The notes under the pieces are model-generated. The model searched no databases. It saw only the letters and a list, made by a program, of their open reading frames with translations, and was not told where the DNA came from. Positions 27,875 through 37,679 of a stretch of 64,000 bases of DNA are shown here, one piece after another. The first letter of the stretch is position 1, and every line of letters starts with the position of its first letter. The position numbers and the translations under genes were made by a program. The stretch spans positions 275,681 through 339,680 of the forward strand of contig JBDRUV010000001.1 of the NCBI GenBank assembly GCA_039801505.1, in the 5' to 3' direction. The stretch is from a candidate division WOR-3 bacterium (GTDB lineage: Bacteria > Hydrothermota > Tepidihabitantia > Tepidihabitantales > CAIPLT01).

Positions 27875-28465
27875 ATGTTTAGCGGCATTATTGAAACCGT
27901 CGGTAAGGTTCAAAGTATCAAAACTAGTCGAGGTAATAAAATTTTAACCATTGAAGCAGATTTTGCTCCTGAGTTAAAAACTAAAGATAGCGTGGCAATT
28001 AATGGTTGTTGCCTTACCGTTATTTCAACTGAGCGCAAATCATTTACGGTAGAGATAACCTCAAATACTTTAGAAGCGACCAATCTAAGGTTTCTAAGGA
28101 TTTCAGAGTATGTGAATTTAGAACGGCCATTAAAAATTACAGATCGGCTGGATGGCCACATAGTTTTAGGACATGTTGACGAAGTTGCTCGGATTTCTAA
28201 GATTATCCCTAGACAAGGTTTTTATGAGCTTAAAATTACTAACATAAATAACCATGGTCTTCTTACCTCCAGGGGGTCGGTAGCGATTGATGGCATAAGC
28301 CTTACCGTTGCCCAGCTTACATCTGATGGGTTTGTGGTTAATATAATACCTTTCACTTATGAACATACTAATCTTAGGTATCGTCGGATTGGGGATTTTG
28401 TTAATATTGAATATGATATTATCGGTAAATATGTGAAACAAATACTAAAGCCAATTAATAAGTAA
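27875..28465 (+). CDS. ribE: Riboflavin synthase alpha subunit
   Basis: MFSGIIE..G N-terminus and two internal lumazine-binding repeats. Confidence 0.85.
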   Translation: MFSGIIETVGKVQSIKTSRGNKILTIEADFAPELKTKDSVAINGCCLTVISTERKSFTVEITSNTLEATNLRFLRISEYVNLERPLKITDRLDGHIVLGHVDEVARISKIIPRQGFYELKITNINNHGLLTSRGSVAIDGISLTVAQLTSDGFVVNIIPFTYEHTNLRYRRIGDFVNIEYDIIGKYVKQILKPINK

Positions 28466-29035
28466 ATGCTTCAAAGAGCCTTTAAAATTTTATTGTTTGT
28501 TATAATACTTTACAATACTGTCTGGGCAACATTAGATGAAAATGTTTCTCAATATATCGAGGACCGCTGGCACTCGCCGGCAATGGATAAAATTATGGCG
28601 GTTCCCAATTTTGTGTCAAGCGTTTTGGGAATTAGTTTAGGAAATCTCTCGGTCTTTTATTTGGGGCAGGAAAAAGAGGTCGCAACTGCCAAATTAGCTA
28701 TCACAGCCTGGGGATTTTCCGCAGGCACCACTTTTCTTTTGAAGGCCGCATTTAATCGTCCCCGACCATCCAATACCGATATGCCACGTTATAACTCATC
28801 GTTTCCATCCGGCCATACTGCTAGTTGGTTTTCTCAAGCAATTATATATAGTGCCAAGTATCCTCGACTTACGATTCCGCTATATGTATTTGGGGCTTTT
28901 GTTGGACTATCCCGAATTTACTATGGCGAACACTATTTTACCGATGTGTTGGCTGGGGCCGCAGTCGGTAGTATAGCGGGCTATATGACCCTTAAACTAG
29001 AAAATCACTTAAGAAAAATTCCGTTTTTGCGTTAA
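28466..29035 (+). CDS. PAP2-family membrane phosphatase
   Basis: All three PAP2 motifs: K......RP (FNRPRP), PSGH, SR.....H...D (SRIYYGEHYFTD). Confidence 0.7.
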   Translation: MLQRAFKILLFVIILYNTVWATLDENVSQYIEDRWHSPAMDKIMAVPNFVSSVLGISLGNLSVFYLGQEKEVATAKLAITAWGFSAGTTFLLKAAFNRPRPSNTDMPRYNSSFPSGHTASWFSQAIIYSAKYPRLTIPLYVFGAFVGLSRIYYGEHYFTDVLAGAAVGSIAGYMTLKLENHLRKIPFLR

Positions 29036-29048
29036 ATCACTGTTTTCT

Positions 29049-30356
29049 TCAGAAAATAAAAAGATAATTATTTACAATTACCTTGGTAATTTTCCCTTTA
29101 AAGCTACGGCCTAGAAACGGTGTATTTGAAGAACGAGAAAATATTAAATCTTTTTCATATATCCAATCGATTGACAAATCAAATATAGTAATTAAAGCAT
29201 CGTCGCCGGCCTCCAGCGTAAGCGAACGAGCCAAAATTCTCCGCGGATTCTGAGTCAAACAAGCGATAAATTTTTCTAAACTCAGATATTTTTTTAAGAC
29301 CAACTGTTCATAACCTAAAGAAAATGCTGTTTCCAACCCAATCATGCCCGGCCGAGCTTTTTGCCAACCACTCTGTTTGTATCGACGATGCCACGGGGCA
29401 TGATCTGTGGCAATTACTTCAATTATGCCATCGGCCAGTGCTTCTTTTATTGCTTCAACATCGGCTTTAGTTCGTAACGGCGGTGAGACTTTATAATTCG
29501 GGTCCAATCCTGCGCAATAGTTTTCGGTTAACGTAAAATAATGCGGGCAAGTCTCAGCCGTAAATCTAATCCCCTGGGCTTTTGCCCAACGTAGCACTTC
29601 AACGGATTTTTTAGTTGATACATGGGCGATATGAAGAATTCCTCCGGTGTGTGTTTGAAGTATAAGGTCCCTTAAAACCATAATAGACTCAGCAATGTCC
29701 GGAATGCCCTTAAGTCCAAGTTTTTTACTTATTTTCCCATCGTTAATTGTCCCATTGCGACTTAGTGCCCGCACTTCACAATGATTAATGATCGGAAGTC
29801 TGTATTCCTTAGAGAGCAATAGAAGTTTGTACATTAACCGATCATCTTCAATTGGTGCGCCGTCATCAGATAAGGCTACAGCACCGGCTCGAATTAGACT
29901 TTTTACTGGTGATAATACTTTGCCTTCTCGATTTTTAGTAGCTGAGGCAATTACATAAACGCGGGCATTTTCAGTCCTTCTGGCTTTAGTAATCACTTGT
30001 TTAACTAACTTTGGGTTATCAAGCGGTGGATTAGTATTAGGCATACATAAAATTTCCGTAAAACCGCCAGCTACTGCCGAAAGGCTTCCTCGCTCAATAG
30101 TTTCAGATTCCGGATTGCCTGGTTCTCGAAGATGGCAGTGTAAATCAATAAAGCCCGGGGCAATATATTCTGTGTCTTTAAGCTGTAAGATATTAACGCC
30201 TTTTTTACCCTCTGGGGTCCCTTTACTTATTTTACCGTTTGTAATATAAATGCCCGGGTTATTAATTGTCTTTTTTCCGGGCAAGACGAGTTTACCGCCC
30301 GATATAAAAAGTTCCGTGATTTTAATTTTTTTATATTGAGGAATCTTAGAACTCAA
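29049..30356 (-). CDS. pyrC: Dihydroorotase
   Basis: DLHCHLREPG metal-binding motif; amidohydrolase fold; adjacent to pyrB. Confidence 0.85.
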   Translation of the reverse strand: MSSKIPQYKKIKITELFISGGKLVLPGKKTINNPGIYITNGKISKGTPEGKKGVNILQLKDTEYIAPGFIDLHCHLREPGNPESETIERGSLSAVAGGFTEILCMPNTNPPLDNPKLVKQVITKARRTENARVYVIASATKNREGKVLSPVKSLIRAGAVALSDDGAPIEDDRLMYKLLLLSKEYRLPIINHCEVRALSRNGTINDGKISKKLGLKGIPDIAESIMVLRDLILQTHTGGILHIAHVSTKKSVEVLRWAKAQGIRFTAETCPHYFTLTENYCAGLDPNYKVSPPLRTKADVEAIKEALADGIIEVIATDHAPWHRRYKQSGWQKARPGMIGLETAFSLGYEQLVLKKYLSLEKFIACLTQNPRRILARSLTLEAGDDALITIFDLSIDWIYEKDLIFSRSSNTPFLGRSFKGKITKVIVNNYLFIF

Positions 30357-30361
30357 AGATA

Positions 30362-31285
30362 TTATCCGATCAGAATCATCTTAAGTAGTGCCATTCGAAT
30401 ATAAAGGCCATTTTGAGCTTGTCGAAAATATGCTGCTCTTGGGTCTTCATCACATTCTAGGGTAATCTCGTTGACTCGTGGTAGAGGATGCATCACAATG
30501 GCGTTGGGCTTCATAACCGAAAGGACCTCTTTATTGATAATATACTTATCTTTGGCTTTTTCAAAATCCTCAATGTTTTCACCAAAGCGTTCTTTTTGAA
30601 TCCGGGTTTGATAGATCACATCGACTTCAGCGGCGACTTTTAAGAGGTCAGTTTCTTCATAAAATGGAATCTTATGGTTGTTAAGATAATTTTTAATATC
30701 ACCACGCATTTTAACTACTTCCGGAGCCACAAAATAGATCGTAATATCTTGATACTTGGTCAGAAGATATGTCAGGGACCGGACTGTCCGGCTGTAGGCT
30801 AAATCACCAACCATGGCAATTTTAATGCCGTCAATATGGCCACACTCTTTTTTAATAGTATATAAATCAAGTAGTGCCTGGGTAGGATGCTGTCCTGGTC
30901 CATCTCCGGCATTAATAATTGGAACCGGTGAAACCTTAGCTGCCCGTTCGGCAGCACCGCTTTCGTAATGCCGTAAGACAATGACATCAACATAACTGCC
31001 AATTATGCGCACCGTGTCTTCTAATGATTCGCCTTTAGCAGTTGACGAGAATTCTCGGGCATTTTCAGTCGAGATTAACTCACCACCCAATTTGAGCATT
31101 GCGGCTTCGAAAGAAAGTCGGGTCCGGGTGCTTGGCTCATAGAAAACTGTGGCCATAAGTTTGCCCTTAAGGATCTCAGCACCGCCGTTGCGAGCGATCT
31201 TTTCCATTTCTTCGGTTTCGCGAAAAATTTCTTCTAAGGTTTTACGGTCAAATTGTTGGGCTTTAAGAATATGATTTAATTTCAT
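30362..31285 (-). CDS. pyrB: Aspartate carbamoyltransferase catalytic subunit
   Basis: STRTR carbamoyl-phosphate motif (FYEPSTRTRLSFE) and HPLP motif. Confidence 0.9.
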   Translation of the reverse strand: MKLNHILKAQQFDRKTLEEIFRETEEMEKIARNGGAEILKGKLMATVFYEPSTRTRLSFEAAMLKLGGELISTENAREFSSTAKGESLEDTVRIIGSYVDVIVLRHYESGAAERAAKVSPVPIINAGDGPGQHPTQALLDLYTIKKECGHIDGIKIAMVGDLAYSRTVRSLTYLLTKYQDITIYFVAPEVVKMRGDIKNYLNNHKIPFYEETDLLKVAAEVDVIYQTRIQKERFGENIEDFEKAKDKYIINKEVLSVMKPNAIVMHPLPRVNEITLECDEDPRAAYFRQAQNGLYIRMALLKMILIG

Positions 31286-31328
31286 ACCTGGTTAGGATTA
31301 ATCATATTTAATTCATTTTAGTGATGAA

Positions 31329-31550
31329 TTATTTGACGATGATTGATAGGGGAATTAAGATCACATAACCGAAAACTAAAAGAATTGGTGCCAAAACCGT
31401 TGACCCCCGGGCCAAAAATATGTAGCCTAAGCCAATCGTAAAAATTCCAACTCCAAAGAGAATATAATTTTTCTTCGTAAATGCGATATTGGGTCTTAGT
31501 AAAACTTTCGGTTTTACTTTCTCTTTTATTGGTTTTGCTTTTTCTTTCAT
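31329..31550 (-). CDS. Small two-TM membrane protein (hypothetical)
   Basis: 73 aa, lysine-rich N-terminus then two hydrophobic helices. The overlapping alternative frame 31318-31557 was judged less likely. Confidence 0.3.
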   Translation of the reverse strand: MKEKAKPIKEKVKPKVLLRPNIAFTKKNYILFGVGIFTIGLGYIFLARGSTVLAPILLVFGYVILIPLSIIVK

Positions 31551-31561
31551 TAGCCAAAATA

Positions 31562-31975
31562 TTAAGTTAAATTTTTCTGATTGTCAAGTTTTTGTTTAAT
31601 AAATTCTAAAATTTCGGCTTGTCCTTCTTTGGGTAAAATTAAATGCACCCCGCGAAAGTTATCAAGAAAATTCCTGCGGGAAAACGGGCTTAAAACTATT
31701 CCGTTCCGGGTGAAATAATATTTTTTAAAATGCGTCCAGGGCAACCGGTTGGTTACAATTCGTTTATCAATGATTACTTCATTGTCGGTAAGGGTATATT
31801 GGGTTGGAAGAAAATAGGCGTTAAGGGTGATAAATAAAAATCCCCAAGCCACCAAAGTCAATACTAGTCCATAAAACTTAATGAAAAAGATACTTACTAA
31901 GAGTAAAAAAAGTCCGACCAGGATAGTCTTTTTGGGGTGTTCTTTAGCTAAATGGACTTGCCAGGATATGGTCAT
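31562..31975 (-). CDS. Hypothetical membrane protein (138 aa). Start trimmed to the Met downstream of tRNA-Met; the ORF-track version would read through the tRNA
   Basis: Two TM helices. The first 50 codons of the long ORF are a translation of the tRNA gene (VVGSSPTGP). Confidence 0.4.
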   Translation of the reverse strand: MTISWQVHLAKEHPKKTILVGLFLLLVSIFFIKFYGLVLTLVAWGFLFITLNAYFLPTQYTLTDNEVIIDKRIVTNRLPWTHFKKYYFTRNGIVLSPFSRRNFLDNFRGVHLILPKEGQAEILEFIKQKLDNQKNLT

Positions 31976-31989
31976 TGGGTTATAGCTTA

Positions 31990-32064
31990 TGGGTCCGGTA
32001 GGACTCGAACCTACGACCCGCTGATTATGAGTCAGCTGCTCTAACCGAACTGAGCTACGGACCC
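31990..32064 (-). tRNA. tRNA-Met (anticodon CAT; elongator type, G1-C72). A tRNA-Ile2 (lysidine) cannot be excluded
   Basis: Reverse complement folds as a cloverleaf. Acceptor GGGTCCG/CGGACCC; D-stem GCTC/GAGC; anticodon stem GCTGA/TCAGC with loop CTCATAA; T-arm GTAGG-TTCGAGT-CCTAC. Confidence 0.85.
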
Positions 32065-32224
32065 AAATTTTTATAAATATCTTATCAAAATTATCATGAT
32101 TGTCAAGAATTCCAGAATGAAGCATTATTAAATTAATTCCCCAGATTAGTATTTTGAAGCATCAATATATTATATGCCGGAGCCGAAATCAGTAATTAAC
32201 CAGTATTCTAAATTCCTAATAAGT

Positions 32225-32262
32225 AGGATACACAGTGCCTAGACGGTACCCGATACGGCCTT
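32225..32262 (+). repeat. GC-rich hairpin element, copy D (GGATACACAGTGCCTAGACGGTACCCGATACGGCC), 161 bp from the 5' end of tRNA-Met
   Basis: The reverse complement matches copy C. Shares CCGTATCGGGTACC with copy F. Confidence 0.45.
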
Positions 32263-32505
32263 GCGGTTTTAAGAAAAGTTAACTAAGCGATGACCCGAGC
32301 ATCAATCATATGATTTATTGCCCTCAGCGTAATCGATAAAGTTCTTGGATACTTTGTTTAATTCCCCCATTAACTCCTTCCCGCAAGGATCCTCGAAAAT
32401 CCTACCGGGTTAATTTTCTTGGTAATAAGTACCATATAAAAGATCTTGACAGTGTGTAATCGATCTTTAGAATATTAAAACAAGCTCAAAATATTAGGAG
32501 GGTTT

Positions 32506-33312
32506 ATGGAGCTTTTAGATAAAGTAATTGATAGTGCTCAAGAAGTATTAAAAATTATCGGTCCGGGATACGGTGAGTCAGTTTACGAAGAAGCCCTAGC
32601 ACATGAACTGCGGATCCGAGGTATTGCTTATGAACGCCAGCGCAATTTTGATGTGTTATATAAAGGCTATGCAGTAGGAAGCGCCCGAGCCGATTTAATT
32701 GTTAATCCCGTATGGGCTGGTGCCGGTGGTGAGGAGTTGGTATTGGAGTTAAAGACTACGAAAAACATCCAGGATGCCCATAAAAAACAAGCGCAGGTCT
32801 ATATGGCATCTTTAAATATCCCTAATGGCGCAGTATTAAGTTTTAGCAAAGAAGTTCTTGTAGAAACTGTTAGTAAGCCAGAACGAAAATTTGAAACCAG
32901 ACCAATTGCTCCAAAAAAATGTAAGGGCGGTGAAATTACTGTAATCCTTAGAGATGCCGCTAATGAGGTCTATCAGTATCTAGGAACAGAAATTCTTTAT
33001 TACGGATCACAAAATGAAGGCAAAAAAATTTATACCAATGCTATTGGCGTAGAATTACGACTCAACGGGATTGAGTTTGTCGAAGGGACATATAATATTT
33101 TATATAAAAACCAAGTGGTCGATAAATATACCTTTGATTTTGTATTCAGCGACCGTATAGCAGCTAATATATTTGTACCAAAGAAAGATGTCAGTTTAGA
33201 AGAGGAGATTGATGAACTGAGTTTATATAAGAAACTATTTAATTTTAAGAAATGTTATCTGGTATCGTTTCCGAACAAAGAAAACGGCCAAGTAACAGTT
33301 GCGGAAGTTTAG
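32506..33312 (+). CDS. GxxExxY-family PD-(D/E)xK protein with a tandem-duplicated domain
   Basis: First half has G-YGESVYEEAL..EL...G, YKG, R.DLIV and ELK motifs diagnostic of the GxxExxY family. Second half repeats the pattern in degenerate form (EVYQYLGTEILYY...IGVELRLNGIEF). Confidence 0.55.
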   Translation: MELLDKVIDSAQEVLKIIGPGYGESVYEEALAHELRIRGIAYERQRNFDVLYKGYAVGSARADLIVNPVWAGAGGEELVLELKTTKNIQDAHKKQAQVYMASLNIPNGAVLSFSKEVLVETVSKPERKFETRPIAPKKCKGGEITVILRDAANEVYQYLGTEILYYGSQNEGKKIYTNAIGVELRLNGIEFVEGTYNILYKNQVVDKYTFDFVFSDRIAANIFVPKKDVSLEEEIDELSLYKKLFNFKKCYLVSFPNKENGQVTVAEV

Positions 33313-33315
33313 AAG

Positions 33316-34338
33316 CTAATTAGTAGCTCGGCCGGCTAATTGGCCACAGGCGGCTAAAATTTCCGAACCCTTGCTTTTTCGGACAGTGACGCAGGATAGT
33401 TGAGGGTAAAGTTTATTAACAAAACTCAAGGTTTCTTTAAGGGTTGGGGCCTCAAAGCTACAATCAGGGAAGGGGTTAAACGGAATAATATTGATTTTAC
33501 AGGGGATATTTTTTAGTAGCTTAGTAAGTCTTATGACATCAGCGTCGGTATCATTTAGGCCTTTAATTAACACATATTCAAAAGTGATTCGTTTTTGTTT
33601 GTGCTCGGTAAAATATTTAACTGCTGATAATAGTTCTTTAAGGGGATAACGCTTATTAATTGGCATTAGAATGTCCCGCAGTTTATCAGTTGTGGCATTT
33701 AACGAGATGGCTAGCTTAACCTGGAGCGGAACGTGAGTAAAGTCATAAATGCGGGGTACAATGCCGGCAGTCGATACAGTAATTTTTCGGGCCCCAATAT
33801 TTAAGCCATAATCTGAATTCAAAATTTCGATTGCCTTTAAGACTTCAGAATAGTTTAGGAATGGTTCACCCATACCCATAAAAACCACATTAGTAATTCT
33901 CGCAGCTAATATCTTTTGGATTTGTAGCACCTGGTCAGCGATCTCATAAAACTTAAGATTTCTTATGAAGCTTATTTTGCCAGTATAGCAGATTTTACAT
34001 TTTAAAGCACAGCCAATCTGACTAGAGACGCAAACGGTTTTTCGTGGACCGTCAGGAATAAACACCGATTCGATACAATTTTTATCTTCTAACTCAAATA
34101 AAAACTTTATCGCCCCATCGGAGGCTTCTTTATGTTCAAGAAGGGTTAGGCTACTGATATAATATTTACTGGCTAGTAGTTGGCGTCGTTCTTTGGAAAG
34201 ATTTGTCATGGCATTGATATCCGTAACACCCTTTTGCCAAATCCACGAGAAGATCTGATCAGCGCGATATTTCTCCCAGCCCAATTTATTAATTTCGGTA
34301 ATTAATTCTTCTAAGGTATAGGCTTTGAGATTTTTCAT
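33316..34338 (-). CDS. rlmN: 23S rRNA/tRNA m2A methyltransferase, radical SAM (RlmN/Cfr family)
   Basis: CALKCKICYTG radical-SAM cysteine cluster; N-terminal ...RADQIFSWIWQKGV... Confidence 0.85.
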   Translation of the reverse strand: MKNLKAYTLEELITEINKLGWEKYRADQIFSWIWQKGVTDINAMTNLSKERRQLLASKYYISSLTLLEHKEASDGAIKFLFELEDKNCIESVFIPDGPRKTVCVSSQIGCALKCKICYTGKISFIRNLKFYEIADQVLQIQKILAARITNVVFMGMGEPFLNYSEVLKAIEILNSDYGLNIGARKITVSTAGIVPRIYDFTHVPLQVKLAISLNATTDKLRDILMPINKRYPLKELLSAVKYFTEHKQKRITFEYVLIKGLNDTDADVIRLTKLLKNIPCKINIIPFNPFPDCSFEAPTLKETLSFVNKLYPQLSCVTVRKSKGSEILAACGQLAGRATN

Positions 34339-35510
34339 ACTTGACTTTCTTTATGGATTCGTACCACCAGCCCAATCATTAGATATGAAATAATTAGCGA
34401 GGACCCCCCATAACTTAAAAACGGCAACGCAATGCCGGTAATCGGTAGTAGTCCTAAAACCATACCAATATTAACGACTACTTGATAACTCAATACCATA
34501 AAGATGCCGATAGCTACAAGTCGGGCAAATTCATTTTGGGCTTTTTGGGCAATTCTAAAGATATTATATAAAAGCGCGAAGTACAATCCTAAGGTAATTA
34601 TTGCACCGATAAAACCAAATTCTTCAGATAGGGTGGAAAAGATAAAGTCAGTCTGCCGGTTCGGTAGAAATGCTAATTTTTTCTGAGTGCCAGAAAGAAA
34701 ACCCTTACCAAAGATCCGACCAGAACCGATTGCGATTTGAGATTGAATCAGATTCCAACTCATACCTTTGGGATCAAGCCAGGGCGAGAGAAAACCGATA
34801 ATACGGGCTTTTTGATAATCTTTAAGATTGGACCAAATAATCGGTGAGGAGAGTCCAGCCAAAATATTAATCATCAATACTACAATCCAACTCACAATTG
34901 TAATTCGTCGATAACTTATAACGGCGAAGGCAACAAAGTATAATATCCATAGATAAGTGGAAAAACCAAATACAAAACTAAATAGTGGTGAAAAGAGTAA
35001 AAAAACTTGAAAAATTGAGAATCCCTGCCAAACCATCATACCAGCTAAAATTGGTAAAAATATCAGACCACTACCCAGATCTGGTTCTAGAAAAACTAAG
35101 GCTGAATAAGCTAGGATAGCCAAAAGAGGAAGCAATAAATCCTTAGGTAGAAACTCAACTTTTTTATAAGCCCAGCGTTGAGCAATATATAAGATGATCG
35201 CCAACTTGGCCAATTCACTTGGTTGAAAATTGAATATACTCAAATCAAACCACCGACGGGCTGAGCCTTTTCCCAAAAACAATACTAAGATCAATAGAAG
35301 AAGTGTTATAAAAAAAATATGACTGCTAAAATTCTCCCAAAACCTAATCGGAATTTTGATTACTATAAATAAAAGTCCAATTCCAATTGTAGTCCAAAGC
35401 AATTCTCGTAGAAAATAAACATTTCCTCCAGCACTATAAATCGTTACTAATCCCACGATATTTAAGATTATAGCTAATATAATAACTGAGGGTATTGATA
35501 ATTTATTCAT
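34335..35510 (-). CDS. rodA: Peptidoglycan glycosyltransferase RodA (SEDS family)
   Basis: FtsW/RodA/SpoVE topology and motifs; placed downstream of mrdA in the mre cluster. Confidence 0.85.
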   Translation of the reverse strand: MNKLSIPSVIILAIILNIVGLVTIYSAGGNVYFLRELLWTTIGIGLLFIVIKIPIRFWENFSSHIFFITLLLLILVLFLGKGSARRWFDLSIFNFQPSELAKLAIILYIAQRWAYKKVEFLPKDLLLPLLAILAYSALVFLEPDLGSGLIFLPILAGMMVWQGFSIFQVFLLFSPLFSFVFGFSTYLWILYFVAFAVISYRRITIVSWIVVLMINILAGLSSPIIWSNLKDYQKARIIGFLSPWLDPKGMSWNLIQSQIAIGSGRIFGKGFLSGTQKKLAFLPNRQTDFIFSTLSEEFGFIGAIITLGLYFALLYNIFRIAQKAQNEFARLVAIGIFMVLSYQVVVNIGMVLGLLPITGIALPFLSYGGSSLIISYLMIGLVVRIHKESQV

Positions 35511-37248
35511 GAGCTACGGAGTCGCGTTGTTGGAAATATTTTTTTATAAGTTCCCGCACAATTGGGGCTGCATAGGCTCCACCCTTGCCGACATTCTCGA
35601 CAATTGCGCAAAACAGGACTTCAGGATTATTAGCTGGGGCATAACCAACAAACCAGGCATGATCGCGTCGGGGCGGATTTTCGGCTGTCCCAGTTTTGCC
35701 CGCAACACTTATGTCAGGAATAGATGCCCCCCAACCGGTGCCATATGATACAACATCACATAAGGCATTTTTTATGATTTCACAAGAATACTTCGAAACT
35801 GGTAATAGTTTTTTTTGTGGCTGGTAGCGATAGATAACCGAATCCGATTTTCGAATTTCTTTAAGAAGATGCGGCTGGTAGTATTCACCTTCTTGAGCTA
35901 GCGCACTGTAGATTAATGCTAATCGTAGCGGTGTGACTAAAATTTCTCCCTGTCCTACACCGTAATTAACCAGTAGCCCGGATGTCCAGCGATTTTTGCC
36001 ATATTTGGTGTCGAGATAACTCCGGTTCGGAATATTACCACGTTTTTCTCCAGGTAAATCAATGCCTGTTTTTCGGTCAATTTCCCAAAAGGAAAGAAAT
36101 TCGGAGTATTTATCAAGTCCTAATTTTAAGGCTAATTGATAAAAATAGACATTACAGGAATAAACAATAGCATCATGTAATATTAAAGAACCATGTTTTC
36201 CTAAGCACCGAAATATTCGGTTGCCAAAGTGAAATTCACCATAACAAGGATTAAATCGGGTGTTTTCACTGATGATATTTTTTTCTAAGGCCAGTAAAGA
36301 AATTGCCGGTTTTATAGTGGAACCTGGTGAATAGACTGCTGAAATTGCGCGGTTAATAAGCGGTGCTGATTTATCGCTGGTTAATCTTACCCACTCTTTA
36401 TAAGGAATTCCTTTGGTTAATAATTCTGGATTAAAACTGGGATAAGAAACAAGACAAAGAACCCCGCCGTCTTTTAGGTCTAATCCAACTACAGCACCTC
36501 GTTGGTATTGACTTAATAATGTGTAGGCGAGTTTTTGAAGTTCGATATCAATTGTTAAAACAATATCACAACCCGGTTCCGGTAATATTTCACGTTTTTC
36601 GGGTATAGGACCAAGTTCTCGACCTAACGCATCAATTTCGGTATAGCGAATACCATCCTGACCCCGCAAATATTTTTCATAAATTGCCTCAAGACCATGC
36701 CGACCCACATAATGCCAAGGTTTATAAAAACTGTCAGATTTCAACTCCTCGCTCGTAATTTCACCCAGATAACCAATAATATGAGCCGATGTTTCGCTAC
36801 AAGGATAGATTCGCACCGGTTCAATTTCAATTGTGACGCCTGGGAGTTCTGATAAAAGTTCCTCAATTTGGGAGGCAATTTGAATATCAATATCGCGTTT
36901 AACCTTTATGGGAGTCCTAAGATAGGTTTGGTCATGGATTAGAGTGTTTATTTTATTAGAATCCAGCTCCACAATTTTATTCAATTTCGTAATAGTTCTC
37001 AAATCGATTTCACAAGGTATTATTGAAAGAGCAAATGATGGGCGCGTATCAGCTAGGGGGTTATTATTGCGGTCTAAAATTTTCCCTCGAGCTCCAGGGG
37101 TGTAGACTTTTCGAATGTGATTGGCTTCTGATAATCGAAAATATCTTTGACCTTGAAAGATCTGTAGAGAGACCAGTTTTACTATAATAGCAATAAAACA
37201 AATTCCCAAGAAAATTAATAGAGACTTTCTTTGGGTACACTCGGCCAT
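35503..37248 (-). CDS. mrdA: Penicillin-binding protein 2 (elongasome transpeptidase)
   Basis: PBP dimerisation plus transpeptidase domains (SxxK STIKP, SCN, KTGT). Start trimmed to MAECTQRK, which precedes the TM helix; the longest ORF starts at 37326. Confidence 0.85.
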   Translation of the reverse strand: MAECTQRKSLLIFLGICFIAIIVKLVSLQIFQGQRYFRLSEANHIRKVYTPGARGKILDRNNNPLADTRPSFALSIIPCEIDLRTITKLNKIVELDSNKINTLIHDQTYLRTPIKVKRDIDIQIASQIEELLSELPGVTIEIEPVRIYPCSETSAHIIGYLGEITSEELKSDSFYKPWHYVGRHGLEAIYEKYLRGQDGIRYTEIDALGRELGPIPEKREILPEPGCDIVLTIDIELQKLAYTLLSQYQRGAVVGLDLKDGGVLCLVSYPSFNPELLTKGIPYKEWVRLTSDKSAPLINRAISAVYSPGSTIKPAISLLALEKNIISENTRFNPCYGEFHFGNRIFRCLGKHGSLILHDAIVYSCNVYFYQLALKLGLDKYSEFLSFWEIDRKTGIDLPGEKRGNIPNRSYLDTKYGKNRWTSGLLVNYGVGQGEILVTPLRLALIYSALAQEGEYYQPHLLKEIRKSDSVIYRYQPQKKLLPVSKYSCEIIKNALCDVVSYGTGWGASIPDISVAGKTGTAENPPRRDHAWFVGYAPANNPEVLFCAIVENVGKGGAYAAPIVRELIKKYFQQRDSVAHE

Positions 37249-37679
37249 TTTCGAAGAATAATTCTTATGATTAAAAAATCTAATGGTATTGCAATACTCA
37301 AGAGAATTATAAAAGAGACAAGCCAACTTACGAAACGAATGTTGGTTTTAAGAATTAATAATCCTAACAAATATTTGGTAATTAAGGCTAAAGCAACAAT
37401 TACTAAAAAGTAAATTCTATTATTGTATAAAGCTCGGCGTATATTACTTAAACTATAGGCAACCAGCACAAAAAATACTACATGAAACCCCAAATAAAGT
37501 GGTGCTGCTAAATCTAATAAAGTACCAGCCCAAAAAGCATTTATTAGCGCGTAATAAGGTTCATCATAAAGCGATAAGATTACGATCACTAAAAGTAAAA
37601 TTTCCAAGGGAAGTTTAACTACAGCATATTGGAACATAAAGAAAAGATAAATAACAAGAAATCTTAGCAATAACCTCAT
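37215..37679 (-). CDS. mreD: Rod shape-determining protein MreD
   Basis: 154-aa polytopic membrane protein between mreC and mrdA. Confidence 0.7.
   Translation of the reverse strand: MRLLLRFLVIYLFFMFQYAVVKLPLEILLLVIVILSLYDEPYYALINAFWAGTLLDLAAPLYLGFHVVFFVLVAYSLSNIRRALYNNRIYFLVIVALALITKYLLGLLILKTNIRFVSWLVSFIILLSIAIPLDFLIIRIILRKWPSVPKESLY

Noticed and set aside
31318-31557. 79-aa ORF in the alternative frame overlapping 31329-31550
   Set aside because: The same locus in the other frame gives a two-TM membrane protein, which is more plausible. Only one frame was kept, at low confidence.
31562-32125. 187-aa ORF on the minus strand spanning 31562-32125
   Set aside because: Its first 50 codons are a translation of the tRNA-Met gene (VVGSSPTGP...). 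The real gene starts at the internal Met (31975) downstream of the tRNA.
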